Source: Bacteroidota bacterium (GTDB lineage: Bacteria; Bacteroidota; Bacteroidia; SXHM01). Taken from it: a DNA stretch of 64,000 bases. The position numbers and the translations under genes were made by a program. The first letter of the stretch is position 1, and each line of letters opens with the position of its first letter. The stretch lies in NCBI GenBank assembly GCA_947478465.1, contig CANJWH010000007.1:10794-74793 (forward strand), read 5' to 3'. Below are positions 37,898 through 48,525 of the stretch, piece after piece. The notes below the pieces were generated by a model that was not told the origin of the DNA, ran no database searches, and saw only the letters and a program-made list of their open reading frames with translations.

Positions 37898-38941
37898 ATG
37901 ATAAATCAAACTGACGATATTGAACTAAACGAAGACGAACAGGATGAACTTTTTGAGCATCACCGTCTGAAAGCCGACAAGGGTCAGGAGCCTTTACGCA
38001 TTGATAAGTTCCTGATGAACCGTCTTGAAAGCACTTCGCGAAACAAAATTCAGAATTCGGCTGAAGCTGGTAATATTCTGGTGAATGATGTTGCCGTAAA
38101 ATCTAATTACAAAGTAAAGCCGGGTGATGTTATCAGCATTGTGCTGGCGCATCCCCCACGCGACCGAACCATTATTCCTGAAAATATTCCGCTGAATATT
38201 GTTTATGAAGATGATGATGTGGTTGTGTTGAACAAACCTGCAGGTCTGGTAGTGCATCCCGGTTACGGAAATTATTCCGGTACCTTGGTAAATGCTTTGG
38301 TATATCATTTCAAAGATCTGCCCAATCAAAATCAGGAAACTCCGCGTCCGGGTTTGGTGCATCGTTTGGACAAAGACACCTCAGGAATTATGATTGTGGC
38401 AAAGAATGAATTTGCTATGACACATCTTGCTGGACAGTTTTTTGACCGCACTACAAAACGAGTTTATAATGCACTTGTTTGGGGTGATTTTGAAGAAGAT
38501 ACAGGAACAATTGAGGGCCACATAGGGCGCAGCCTGAAAGACCGAAAGATAATGGCTGTTTTCCCTGAAGGAGATTATGGTAAACACGCTGTTACACACT
38601 GGAAAGTTCTGGAACGTTTTGGATATGTAACGTTGATTGAATGTAAACTGGAAACAGGTCGTACACACCAGATACGAGCACATTTGCAACACATCAAACA
38701 TCCATTATTTAATGATGTAACCTATGGTGGTGATAGCATTTTGAAAGGAACAACATTTCAGAAATACCGCCAGTTTATTGAAAACTGTTTTACATTGATG
38801 CCACGCCATGCGCTTCATGCAAAGTCATTAGGCTTTGTTCACCCGGTAACAAAAAAGGAATTGTTTTTTGATTCTGAAATTGCTTCTGATATGCAAGCTG
38901 TAATTGACAAGTGGAGGCACTATATTAAGTACGAAAAATGA
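37898..38941 (+). CDS. rluD: RluA-family 23S rRNA pseudouridine synthase (RluD-like) with N-terminal S4 domain
   Basis: 347 aa; catalytic HRLDKDTSGIMIVAKN motif. Confidence 0.85.
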   Translation: MINQTDDIELNEDEQDELFEHHRLKADKGQEPLRIDKFLMNRLESTSRNKIQNSAEAGNILVNDVAVKSNYKVKPGDVISIVLAHPPRDRTIIPENIPLNIVYEDDDVVVLNKPAGLVVHPGYGNYSGTLVNALVYHFKDLPNQNQETPRPGLVHRLDKDTSGIMIVAKNEFAMTHLAGQFFDRTTKRVYNALVWGDFEEDTGTIEGHIGRSLKDRKIMAVFPEGDYGKHAVTHWKVLERFGYVTLIECKLETGRTHQIRAHLQHIKHPLFNDVTYGGDSILKGTTFQKYRQFIENCFTLMPRHALHAKSLGFVHPVTKKELFFDSEIASDMQAVIDKWRHYIKYEK

Positions 38942-38964
38942 TTTATTAAGCACCGTAAATTTAT

Positions 38965-39384
38965 TTGCGAATGCAACTATCCTATCCTCCCAAAATACTC
39001 ATCGCTTGGGGCGAAGCCATCAGCGGCAACAAGCCTATAAAAGAATGGCTGCTGGCAAATGGTTATAAAGAACTCGGTCTTTTTGTTCATGCACTGAATA
39101 ATCAACAGGAGGCGCGTGACTGGCTGATGAAAAATAAATTTCAGCATTTAATGGCTTTGATACGCGGAACAGAAGGTGAAGATAAAGCTGTAAAATGGTT
39201 AGAACAATACAATCTTGAGCCACTTGCAAAAACTGCGCTTGCAGGCGATGGAAATCAAGCTGCGCTGAACTGGTTGATAGAAAATAATCACCGAGAGTTA
39301 GCTGTTATTGCTCAGAAAATAAAGATTGTAAAAGATGATATTGAGCGAAGAAACAATGATGTTCATTCTATAAGTCCGGATTGA
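38965..39384 (+). CDS. small hypothetical protein composed of four ~25 aa repeats (xxWLxxNxxxxLxxxxxAxxG)
   Basis: 139 aa; IKEWLLANGYKELGLF / RDWLMKNKFQHLMALI / VKWLEQYNLEPLAKTA / LNWLIENNHRELAVIA. Confidence 0.5.
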   Translation: MRMQLSYPPKILIAWGEAISGNKPIKEWLLANGYKELGLFVHALNNQQEARDWLMKNKFQHLMALIRGTEGEDKAVKWLEQYNLEPLAKTALAGDGNQAALNWLIENNHRELAVIAQKIKIVKDDIERRNNDVHSISPD

Positions 39385-39429
39385 GTATGGGGGATTTTTA
39401 CAAAACAACGTTTATAGTAATTTTACCCG

Positions 39430-42400
39430 GTGCTGAAATCGCTCCCGATTTTTCTTCTTTTGCTTTTGCCTGTTGCTCTGATTGCACAAACAGGCAGCAA
39501 ACGCACTTTTGAAGTCAGTGCTGCAAAAGACAGCATACGACTTGATACACTTAGTATTATTCCTTCCACATTTAAAGTCGAATTCGCCAACGGCTTTAAG
39601 TTAGATACTACGCTTTATAAGTTAGACTGGGGCAGTGCAACGTTAATTCTCCTCAGAAAAAAATGGCAAGCAAATATTCCTGAAACGCCAGCCATTAAAG
39701 TAGAATACGAAGTGTTTCCCTACAACTTCAGTAAAGAATATTACAACAAAAGCATTGATAGTTTATTAAAGCCTCAAGCTAAAGGTATTCCTAATCCCTT
39801 TGCTGTAACTATTGATAAAAATCCGGCTGACGATATTTTCAGCATGAGCACGTTGAATAAGAATGGTAGTATTTCACGCGGATTAACAGTTGGCAATAAT
39901 CAGGATGTTGCCATCAGTTCAAGTTTAAACTTGCAGTTATCAGGAAACATCAGCGATAACATCGGCATTCTTGCTGCGATTACGGATAATAATATTCCAA
40001 TTCAGCCCGAAGGTAACACCCAGCAGTTGCAAGATTTTGATCAGGTGTACATTCAGATTTTTAGTGACAGTACACGATTGACTGCCGGAGATTTTCAACT
40101 CCGAAAACCGGAAGGATATTTTATGAATTTCTACAAACGCGCACAGGGGTTGAGTGTTACACATGCTTTCGGTTTGGTTAACTCAACAGACCCGAATAAG
40201 AAAATACCCAAAATGAGAGTTACAGGAAGCGGTGCTATATCGCGCGGAAAATTTGCACGAAATATTATTCAGGGAATTGAAAGTAATCAGGGGCCTTACA
40301 AAATGCGCGGAAATGAAAATGAGATTTTCATTATTGTTCTTGCAGGAACAGAGAAGGTTTATATTGACGGGCAATTGATGACTCGCGGACAGGAAAATGA
40401 TTACGTGATTGATTACAATACTTCTGAGGTTACGTTTACTCCCAAACAAATTATTACAAAGGACAGACGTATAATTGTTGAGTTCCAGTATTCAGATAAA
40501 AATTATGCACGTTCGCTTTTTCATTTTGGTGACGAGTTTGAATACAATAAACTGAAACTGCGATTCAACTTTTATTCAGAACAGGACAGCAAGAATCAGC
40601 CGTTGCTGCAAAGTCTTGATGATACGCGTAAACAAATTCTTTCTGATGTAGGAGATAGTCTTCAACTTGCTGTAGTTTCTTCTGCAGATACATCAACGTT
40701 TAACAACGAACAGGTTTTTTATCTTGTAAAAGATACCACCATTGCCTATAAAGGAAACACACAAACATACGACAGTATTTTTGTGTATTCTACAAACCCT
40801 GCAAAAGCTAAATATCAGTTACGCTTTTCGGATGTAGGACAAGGTAATGGAAATTACAGGCAAGTAGCAAGTAGCGCAAATGGAAAGGTTTTTCAATGGT
40901 TTCAACCTGATACTGCCACAGGTGCCTTGCAGGGTAATTACGAACCTGTTGAAATTCTGATTGCTCCGAAGTTGAATCAGATGTTTACGTTTGGAGGTGA
41001 TTATGTCTTTTCTGAAAATGCAAAACTGACATTGGAAGGTGCAATGACTAACACAGACCTTAATCGTTTTTCATCAAGAAACAGTAATGATGATGTGGGT
41101 TATGCAGGTCGCCTTGTTTATGATCATATAATTCCGCTGGGCAAAAAGGATTCACTAACTGACAAGCGCTGGAAAATTATAACAGGACTGAGTTATGAAT
41201 ATACCAACAAGAACTTTCGATATATAGAGCGTTTCAGAAATGTTGAGTTTGACCGCGACTGGAATTTGCGCGACCAGAAAACAGTGGAAGAGCAACACAT
41301 CACTGGCGGCAAATTTGGTTTCAGAAAATATGGAATAGGGGAGATGGTGTATGGAGTGAATTCATTTATCAATGGAAATACGTTTATTGCACTGCAAAAT
41401 ACCTTAACAGCCAATCTTGCTTACCGAGGTTTTAAATTGGATTTTCGTGGAAGTTTAATCAACTCAAAAGGAACAGAAAAGGATTTTACATACAAGAAAT
41501 ACATAGGAACACTTTCAAAAACCATCCGCTGGTTTATGCTTGGAATTAGAGATGAACTGGAAGATAACCGCAGTTTTATTAATGCGGGTGATTCGCTCCT
41601 CAGAACAAGTTTCTACTTCAATGATCGTACATTTTTTGTTCAGAATTCAGATACATCAAGAAATAAATTCAACATCAGTTACAGGCGCAGAATGGAGAAA
41701 CTTCCTTTGAGTAATGACCTTGAACGTGCAACGCTTGGAGAAAATATTTCATTCACAACAGAATTGGGCAAAACACAAAACAGCTTATTTAAAAGCAGTG
41801 TCACTTATCGCAAACTCACAATTTTAGATTCTCTGTTGACTACACAGCGCGCTGACAATAGCCTTATCAGTCGTTTGGAATATACTTTTGGGTTGTTCAA
41901 GAGTGCTGTTACTTCCACTACGTTTTATGAAATTGGTTCAGGGCTGGAGGCAAAGAAATCATTTTCATACATAAGCGTTACCAATGGACAAGGGCCCTAC
42001 ATCTGGATTGATTATAATGATAATGGTATCAAGGAACTAAACGAGTTTGAGATAAATCCTTTTCCCAACACAACCGACACAACTTACCTGCGTGTGTTTG
42101 TGCCCACCAACGACTATGTAAAAACTCATTCAAACGCATTTAATGAAGTATTTAACATTAACCCTTCATTAGTATGGGGAAGCAAAACAGGGCTGCGTAA
42201 ATTTCTTTCTCGGTTTGCCAATCAGTTCATTTATCGCATCGACCGCAAAACGCAACGTGAAGCAATTGAGAAAATCTTTAATCCGTTTGTCAGCGCAGTT
42301 TCCGACACAAGTCTGCTAACACTTAACTCTTCATTCCGGAATACTTTTTTCTTTAACCGCAGCAGTTCTAAATTCGGTGTTGACTATAGCTGGCAGGATA

Positions 42401-42969
42401 ACCGAAGTAAAACATTGCTTACAAATGGTTTTGAATCCCGTACCAATAAAAGTCATGGTATCCGCAGCCGCTGGAATATCACACGGAAGTTTACGCTCAA
42501 TGTAACTTACAACAACGGAACAAAAACAAGTACATCGGAATATTTCAACGCCAATAATTTCATCATCAACTACAATGAAACAGAACCGAAACTTTCGTTT
42601 CAGCCAAGTGCGGCATTTCGGGTAAGTGTGCAGTTTAAATATGTTGAGAAAATGAATAACATTGACTATGGAGGACAGAAAACATTTATCCGCAATCTGG
42701 GAACAGAAGCTAAGATCAATATCCTTTCAAAAGGAAGTATTCTCGCCAACTTTAATTACATCATCAATAATTTTAATGGAGAACAAAACAGTCCTCTCGG
42801 ATTTGAAATGCTGGAAGGTTTAAAGACAGGGCAGAATTTTACATGGGCAGTTTCAGGACAAACCAAACTTAATAAAAATATGCAGTTGAATATTCAATAC
42901 ACAGGCCGAAAATCAGAAGGTTCAAAAACGGTACATACAGGTAATGTGCAGGTAAGAGCGTTTTTCTGA
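39430..42969 (+). CDS. large conserved outer-membrane beta-barrel-like hypothetical protein (GTG start)
   Basis: 1179 aa; signal peptide; beta-strand-rich alternating pattern; C-terminal ...VQVRAFF terminal Phe typical of OMP barrels. Confidence 0.55.
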   Translation: MLKSLPIFLLLLLPVALIAQTGSKRTFEVSAAKDSIRLDTLSIIPSTFKVEFANGFKLDTTLYKLDWGSATLILLRKKWQANIPETPAIKVEYEVFPYNFSKEYYNKSIDSLLKPQAKGIPNPFAVTIDKNPADDIFSMSTLNKNGSISRGLTVGNNQDVAISSSLNLQLSGNISDNIGILAAITDNNIPIQPEGNTQQLQDFDQVYIQIFSDSTRLTAGDFQLRKPEGYFMNFYKRAQGLSVTHAFGLVNSTDPNKKIPKMRVTGSGAISRGKFARNIIQGIESNQGPYKMRGNENEIFIIVLAGTEKVYIDGQLMTRGQENDYVIDYNTSEVTFTPKQIITKDRRIIVEFQYSDKNYARSLFHFGDEFEYNKLKLRFNFYSEQDSKNQPLLQSLDDTRKQILSDVGDSLQLAVVSSADTSTFNNEQVFYLVKDTTIAYKGNTQTYDSIFVYSTNPAKAKYQLRFSDVGQGNGNYRQVASSANGKVFQWFQPDTATGALQGNYEPVEILIAPKLNQMFTFGGDYVFSENAKLTLEGAMTNTDLNRFSSRNSNDDVGYAGRLVYDHIIPLGKKDSLTDKRWKIITGLSYEYTNKNFRYIERFRNVEFDRDWNLRDQKTVEEQHITGGKFGFRKYGIGEMVYGVNSFINGNTFIALQNTLTANLAYRGFKLDFRGSLINSKGTEKDFTYKKYIGTLSKTIRWFMLGIRDELEDNRSFINAGDSLLRTSFYFNDRTFFVQNSDTSRNKFNISYRRRMEKLPLSNDLERATLGENISFTTELGKTQNSLFKSSVTYRKLTILDSLLTTQRADNSLISRLEYTFGLFKSAVTSTTFYEIGSGLEAKKSFSYISVTNGQGPYIWIDYNDNGIKELNEFEINPFPNTTDTTYLRVFVPTNDYVKTHSNAFNEVFNINPSLVWGSKTGLRKFLSRFANQFIYRIDRKTQREAIEKIFNPFVSAVSDTSLLTLNSSFRNTFFFNRSSSKFGVDYSWQDNRSKTLLTNGFESRTNKSHGIRSRWNITRKFTLNVTYNNGTKTSTSEYFNANNFIINYNETEPKLSFQPSAAFRVSVQFKYVEKMNNIDYGGQKTFIRNLGTEAKINILSKGSILANFNYIINNFNGEQNSPLGFEMLEGLKTGQNFTWAVSGQTKLNKNMQLNIQYTGRKSEGSKTVHTGNVQVRAFF

Positions 42970-43017
42970 GGCTGAAATTCGTTTCTTTGCATTCCTCAAT
43001 TATTTGATATTTCAAGA

Positions 43018-44805
43018 ATGAAAAAACTCTTTACAACGTTATGCATTATACCTCTTGCATTCTGCATTTCACTTGCGCAACACATCACCCACGGTCCTGT
43101 AACAGGAGCGCTTACTGCAAACAGTGCACGCATGTATGTGCGTACCGATGCTGCAATGCCTTATACTATTGAAGTTTCTGACCATCCTAATTTCAGTACG
43201 TTGTTGAGTTTCCCGGACAGCACACTTCCTGAATTGGATAACTCACGCATTATTACTGTTTCGGGTTTACAGCCTTATACCAAGTATTATTACCGTGTAA
43301 TCATAGATGGTTTTGAAGAGGAACGCTCGGGCTCTTTTACAACATTCCCAGAAGAAGGAACAAAAGGTAATTATGTTCTTACTACCGGCTCGTGTCAGGA
43401 AACTTCTAATATGGATGTGTTTGACCGTATGCTGGAACTGGAACCAATTATGATGTTGCATACAGGTGACTTTACTTATCCTTCTTATCAGATGAATCAG
43501 GATTACCCAGAAAATTATACGCGTGCACAGGAAAGCTGGCGCAGGCGTTACAATGAAGACCGTATGAAAGATATGTTGCTGTATGTGCCAATTGATTACG
43601 TTGCGGATGATGATGATAACTACAACGGCAATTGTGCGCATTACCGCACCGGACTTACCTTAGACACTTCTTCAGGTGAAGTAGTAAACGGTTTTACGCT
43701 TTCTCCAGTTCCTGCTCATGCGCGTGAGAACTGGTTCCGTTCGTATGTTGAATATTTTCCAGGATACGAAATGGTGGATACATCGGAAGGACTTTACCAC
43801 AGTTTTAAAATGGGGAATGCAGAGTTTTTCTTTATGGATACGCGCGCTACAGCAAGTCCTGCCCCCGAAGCATACAGTTATGATTCTGTTGCCAATAATT
43901 GGACATTTGCACCCGATACCAATCACCGTATTATCAGCGTTAATCAAATGAACTGGCTTAAAAATTCGTTGGTTGCCTCAACTGCGGATTGGAAGTTTCT
44001 GGTTGGCGGTGTGCCCTTCAACAAGTCATTGCGCAGGCTTATAAATTTCGGATTGGCAGCACAAGGTTTTACTTTTGATTTGAATGGTGAGCGCGGTTCA
44101 GGCTTTCGTCTTGCTGCCGGCTTTTCTGATTATTGGGCAGGATATCCGCATCAACAGGAGGAACTGCTAAATTTTCTTGCAAGCAACAATATTAAAGATG
44201 TAATCTCCATCAGTGGCGATACACACCATAATGTTATGGACGATGGCACCAACTCGGGAATTCCAGAAATGAATGCAAGTGGTTTGAGTGTTGCCAATCT
44301 TCAGTTAGCCTACTGGATTGATTATTACGGGCAGCAACTGGGGCAACCGCATGTGGGTGATTCACTTTGGAATGGTGGCGGTAACGGTGTAGACAATATG
44401 AACTTTAATGATGCTTTTGGTAAGATTGAAATTTTTGAAGATGACTCAGTGCAACTTTGTATTATTGATTATGAAGGAACCACTATTTCCTGCATGACCA
44501 TTGTTAATTCTACTATTGCCTCGGTGGATGAAGCACAAAGCACTTCCACTAAGTTTGACATTCTGGTTTACCCAAATCCTTCTGATAATCTGTTCACGAT
44601 TAAACTCCCTGAAAATTATCTGCTATGCGGAAAAGAGAAATGCCGTATCACGGATATACCCGGCAAACTAGTTTCGGTGATTGATCTGGAGAAAGACAAA
44701 GGGGCAAATACTTTTACTGTTTCCGTGCAATCATCACCGGGAATTTATTTGCTAGACTTTAACGCAGGAAAAAATAAAGTGCAAAAGAAATTACTGGTGA
44801 AGTAA
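43018..44805 (+). CDS. PhoD-like alkaline phosphatase/metallophosphatase with T9SS C-terminal sorting domain
   Basis: 595 aa; signal peptide; N-terminal FN3-like then metallophos core (HTGDFTYP, GDTHHN); C-terminal ILVYPNPSDNLFTIKL...GIYLLDFNAGKNKVQKKLLVK. Confidence 0.7.
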   Translation: MKKLFTTLCIIPLAFCISLAQHITHGPVTGALTANSARMYVRTDAAMPYTIEVSDHPNFSTLLSFPDSTLPELDNSRIITVSGLQPYTKYYYRVIIDGFEEERSGSFTTFPEEGTKGNYVLTTGSCQETSNMDVFDRMLELEPIMMLHTGDFTYPSYQMNQDYPENYTRAQESWRRRYNEDRMKDMLLYVPIDYVADDDDNYNGNCAHYRTGLTLDTSSGEVVNGFTLSPVPAHARENWFRSYVEYFPGYEMVDTSEGLYHSFKMGNAEFFFMDTRATASPAPEAYSYDSVANNWTFAPDTNHRIISVNQMNWLKNSLVASTADWKFLVGGVPFNKSLRRLINFGLAAQGFTFDLNGERGSGFRLAAGFSDYWAGYPHQQEELLNFLASNNIKDVISISGDTHHNVMDDGTNSGIPEMNASGLSVANLQLAYWIDYYGQQLGQPHVGDSLWNGGGNGVDNMNFNDAFGKIEIFEDDSVQLCIIDYEGTTISCMTIVNSTIASVDEAQSTSTKFDILVYPNPSDNLFTIKLPENYLLCGKEKCRITDIPGKLVSVIDLEKDKGANTFTVSVQSSPGIYLLDFNAGKNKVQKKLLVK

Positions 44806-44814
44806 TGACAGAAC

Positions 44815-46671
44815 ATGCTTAACAGTTTCAAGTTCTTATTAAGAATGCTGCTATTCTGGCTGATTGTTTTTTCCGTCAACCGGCTGGTGTTTATTTTTGC
44901 AACGTTGCATTTAGTTCCAGGCATTCCTTACTCTGAAGTATTCTATGCAATAGTTTCAGGTTTGAAACTTGACCTTTCAACTGTATCATATTTTGTAGTT
45001 GTTTTATTTCTTTTTGCTTTTATCTACAGTATTACAGAAGCCTTGTTTTGGGTTAAACTCATCCATGTAATCAGTTATTTCCTTATCGTAGCAAACAACC
45101 TTGTGAGCTTTGGCGAAATTAGCCTGTATCAGGAATGGCACACTAAGGTTAATATACAAGCTCTACTACACCTGTTGAATCCTGAAGAAGTGATTAAATA
45201 TACTCCTCTGGGATTGGTATTTCTTTTTCTTATTCCTATGGTGTTGTTTACGTTTCTTTACATAAAAGCATATCAGAAATTTGTTAAGCCTTTTCTTATA
45301 ACAACTAAAACTACCCGAATATTAAAGAGGATTACATATAGCCTGCTTTATATCCCTTTAGTTGCTGTTCTTTTTGTTTTTGTGCGTGGAGGTTTTCAGC
45401 GGTTTCCAATATCTGAAAGCGATGCAATTTATTCTAAACATCAACCCCTTAATGATGCAGCGGTTAATTCTATCCGCTACCTGACAAAAGATATTATTGA
45501 ATATAATCACAACATGAATTCAAACCCCTATCGTCACATGGATGATGAGAAGGCGAGAGTGCTCCTCAAAGATTTGTATTCCGTTTCTAAGGACACCACC
45601 GAAATAATACTGAATACACAACGACCAAACATTGTTATAATCGTACTTGAAAGCTGGAGTGCAAATCTTTCAAAGTCCTTTGGTGGTGATGATTTTACTC
45701 CATTTTTTGATAGTCTTGCTAATGAAGGAATAAAGTTCACTAATTTTTTTCCTGCAGGATATGTTTCTGACCAGGGCTTTCCTGCTATTCTCAGTTCTTA
45801 TCCTTCTTCGTTTAAAATCTCTGTTATCAATCAACCTAAAAAAATACCTTCACTTCCTTGCATAACAGATGATATTAAAAAAGCTGGCTACCACAATACT
45901 TTTGTGTATGCAGGAGACTTGAACTTCGGAAATTTTAAGGCTTATGTTTATGACAAAGATTTTGATGTGGTGAAGCAGGAAATTGATTTTGATAAATCAT
46001 TGAAACGCGGATCTCTGGGTATTCATGACCAGCCTATGGCTCCTGAAATTGCAGCCTTATTAAATCAATCACCATCGCCTTTTTTTGCTTGCTGGTACAC
46101 ATTAAGTTCACATGCGCCTTATGATTTTCCGCGCATAAAAAATGTCCAGCATGAAAGTGATTATGAACAATCTGTTCGGTATACTGATGAGGCTCTTCGT
46201 AAGTTTTTTAATCAGGTGAGAAATGAATCATGGTTTAATAACACCCTGTTTGTTATGGTAGCCGATCATAGCCATGCAAGCCGCAAAAATTTTGATCTGG
46301 TTAATAAGGAATATCATCGCATCCCCATGGTTTTTTATGGTAACGCACTAAAGCCTGAATGGAGGAAAAAAGAAATTAAATCTGCATTTTCACACTTAGA
46401 CATAACAACTACTTTGTTAAAGCAATTAGGCTTAAGTTCCGAAAACTACACTTGGGGAAAAGATATGTTCAATCCCACTACTCCGCATTTTGCCTATTAC
46501 TGTTATTACTACGGGGCGGGCATGGTTACAGACAGCGTGTATGTTAGTCTTCACCGCGAGCTGAATGACCCTATTGACACGAAAGGAAAAACGACTGAAG
46601 GAATCAATAAACTAACAGAGCAGCTAAAAGCTTTTCAGCAGGTTTTTTATGATGATTTTCTGGCGAGGTAA
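44815..46671 (+). CDS. LTA-synthase/sulfatase-family membrane protein (phosphoglycerol/phosphoethanolamine transferase-like)
   Basis: 618 aa; 5 N-terminal TM helices then sulfatase domain (VIIVLESWSANLSKSFGG...HSHASRK). Confidence 0.75.
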   Translation: MLNSFKFLLRMLLFWLIVFSVNRLVFIFATLHLVPGIPYSEVFYAIVSGLKLDLSTVSYFVVVLFLFAFIYSITEALFWVKLIHVISYFLIVANNLVSFGEISLYQEWHTKVNIQALLHLLNPEEVIKYTPLGLVFLFLIPMVLFTFLYIKAYQKFVKPFLITTKTTRILKRITYSLLYIPLVAVLFVFVRGGFQRFPISESDAIYSKHQPLNDAAVNSIRYLTKDIIEYNHNMNSNPYRHMDDEKARVLLKDLYSVSKDTTEIILNTQRPNIVIIVLESWSANLSKSFGGDDFTPFFDSLANEGIKFTNFFPAGYVSDQGFPAILSSYPSSFKISVINQPKKIPSLPCITDDIKKAGYHNTFVYAGDLNFGNFKAYVYDKDFDVVKQEIDFDKSLKRGSLGIHDQPMAPEIAALLNQSPSPFFACWYTLSSHAPYDFPRIKNVQHESDYEQSVRYTDEALRKFFNQVRNESWFNNTLFVMVADHSHASRKNFDLVNKEYHRIPMVFYGNALKPEWRKKEIKSAFSHLDITTTLLKQLGLSSENYTWGKDMFNPTTPHFAYYCYYYGAGMVTDSVYVSLHRELNDPIDTKGKTTEGINKLTEQLKAFQQVFYDDFLAR

Positions 46672-46683
46672 CTCAAACTGATT

Positions 46684-47247
46684 TTAAAAACTCACCAACT
46701 TCTCTACCGCCCTTGCACGGTGACTGATTTTGTTTTTCTCTTCCAGAGTCATTTCGGCAAAGGTTTTGTCAAAACCTGCGGGTTTAAAAACAGGGTCGTA
46801 ACCAAACCCATCTGCGCCATGGACTTCCCGCGTTATTTCTCCATCTACCACGCCTTCAAAAAAATATTCCTTCTCATCCAGTATAAGCGATATAACTGTG
46901 CGGAACTTTGCTGCACGGTTATCTTTATCCTGCATTTCGTGCAGCAGTTTATTTACATTATCAGCAAACGAACATTTTTCACCGGCATAGCGGGCTGAAT
47001 AAACACCGGGAGCTCCATTCAGGGCTTCAACTTCTAAGCCGGTATCATCGGCAAAGCAATTCAGTCCTGTGCGCTCAAAAACAAAACGCGATTTAAGAGC
47101 AGCATTGCCCTCAAGCGTATCGGCCGTTTCGGGAATATCAGCATGAATGCCTGCTTCGGCAAGTGTAATCAGTTGAAATTGTCCGGTCAGAAGTTGTGCT
47201 ACTTCTTCCAGTTTGTGTTTGTTATTCGTGGCAAAAATTAATTTCAT
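46684..47247 (-). CDS. rdgB: non-canonical purine NTP pyrophosphatase (RdgB/HAM1); likely start at internal Met (MKLIFATNN), ORF extends to 47280
   Basis: [15 protein letters not shown]...[23 protein letters not shown] motifs. Confidence 0.85.
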   Translation of the reverse strand: MKLIFATNNKHKLEEVAQLLTGQFQLITLAEAGIHADIPETADTLEGNAALKSRFVFERTGLNCFADDTGLEVEALNGAPGVYSARYAGEKCSFADNVNKLLHEMQDKDNRAAKFRTVISLILDEKEYFFEGVVDGEITREVHGADGFGYDPVFKPAGFDKTFAEMTLEEKNKISHRARAVEKLVSF

Positions 47248-47351
47248 TTTATCAGTGTTAATCTGCTCAATCCGCATCATCTACGTTCTATTCTGCGCTA
47301 TTTCATAAATCGCAATATTACCCTAAATTTGCCACCTTATAAAAACAGCAG

Positions 47352-48464
47352 ATGAAGAAAGCACTGATAACAGGCGTAACAGGACAGGACGGAGCCTATC
47401 TCTCCGAATTTTTATTGAATAAAGGCTACGAAGTTCACGGAATAAAAAGGCGCAGTTCGCTTTTTAATACCGACCGTATTGACCATATCTATGAAGACCC
47501 GCATCAGAAAGGCGCGCGCTTTAAACTGCACTATGGCGATTTGAGTGACTCAAGTAATATTATCCGCATCATACAGGAAGTAAAACCTGACGAGATTTAT
47601 AACCTTGGCGCCATGTCGCATGTAAAGGTGAGCTTTGAATCACCTGAATATACTGCTGATGTGGATGGACTGGGCGCATTGCGCGTGCTGGAAGCAGTCC
47701 GCTTATTGGGCCTGGAAAAAACAACACGCATTTATCAGGCTTCTACTTCGGAATTGTATGGTCTGGTGCAGGAAGTTCCGCAAAGCGAAACAACACCTTT
47801 TTACCCGCGCTCGCCTTACGGTGTTGCCAAATTATACGGCTACTGGATAACAGTAAATTATCGCGAAGCCTATGGAATGTTTGCGGCTAACGGCATCTTG
47901 TTCAACCACGAAAGTCCGATAAGAGGCGAAACATTTGTGTCGCGTAAAATTACAAGAGCGGTATCGCGTATTGCACTGGGCTTACAGGAAAAATTGTATA
48001 TCGGAAACCTGGATGCCAAGCGCGATTGGGGACATGCAAAAGATTATGTAGAAGCCATGTGGCTGATGATGCAGCAGGATGTTGCCGAAGACTTTGTTAT
48101 TGCAACCGGTGTAACTACCATGGTTCGTGACTTTATTACGCTTGCTTTCCGCCATGTGGGTATTGAAATAGAATACAAAGGCAAGGGAGTAAAAGAAACT
48201 GCTGTGGTAGTTTCATCTTCTAATCCTGATTATTATGTAAAACCCGGAACTGAAGTGTTGGCGGTGGATGAAAAATATTTCCGTCCTTCGGAAGTGGAGT
48301 TATTGATTGGTAATCCAACCAAGGCAAAAACAAAACTTGGCTGGAAACCTAAACACGATTTACACTCGCTTATCAATGACATGATGGAATCTGATTTGGA
48401 GATAATGCGCAAAGAAAAAAGCCTTGCCAACAGCGGTTACAAAGTGAAGAACTATTACGAATAA
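47352..48464 (+). CDS. gmd: GDP-mannose 4,6-dehydratase
   Basis: 370 aa; [36 protein letters not shown]; YxxxK catalytic [10 protein letters not shown]. Confidence 0.92.
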   Translation: MKKALITGVTGQDGAYLSEFLLNKGYEVHGIKRRSSLFNTDRIDHIYEDPHQKGARFKLHYGDLSDSSNIIRIIQEVKPDEIYNLGAMSHVKVSFESPEYTADVDGLGALRVLEAVRLLGLEKTTRIYQASTSELYGLVQEVPQSETTPFYPRSPYGVAKLYGYWITVNYREAYGMFAANGILFNHESPIRGETFVSRKITRAVSRIALGLQEKLYIGNLDAKRDWGHAKDYVEAMWLMMQQDVAEDFVIATGVTTMVRDFITLAFRHVGIEIEYKGKGVKETAVVVSSSNPDYYVKPGTEVLAVDEKYFRPSEVELLIGNPTKAKTKLGWKPKHDLHSLINDMMESDLEIMRKEKSLANSGYKVKNYYE

Positions 48465-48525
48465 CCCTCGAGATATTAGTTAAAATAAACTCTGCGCTCT
48501 TTGCGCCTTTGCGAGAAACAACAAA

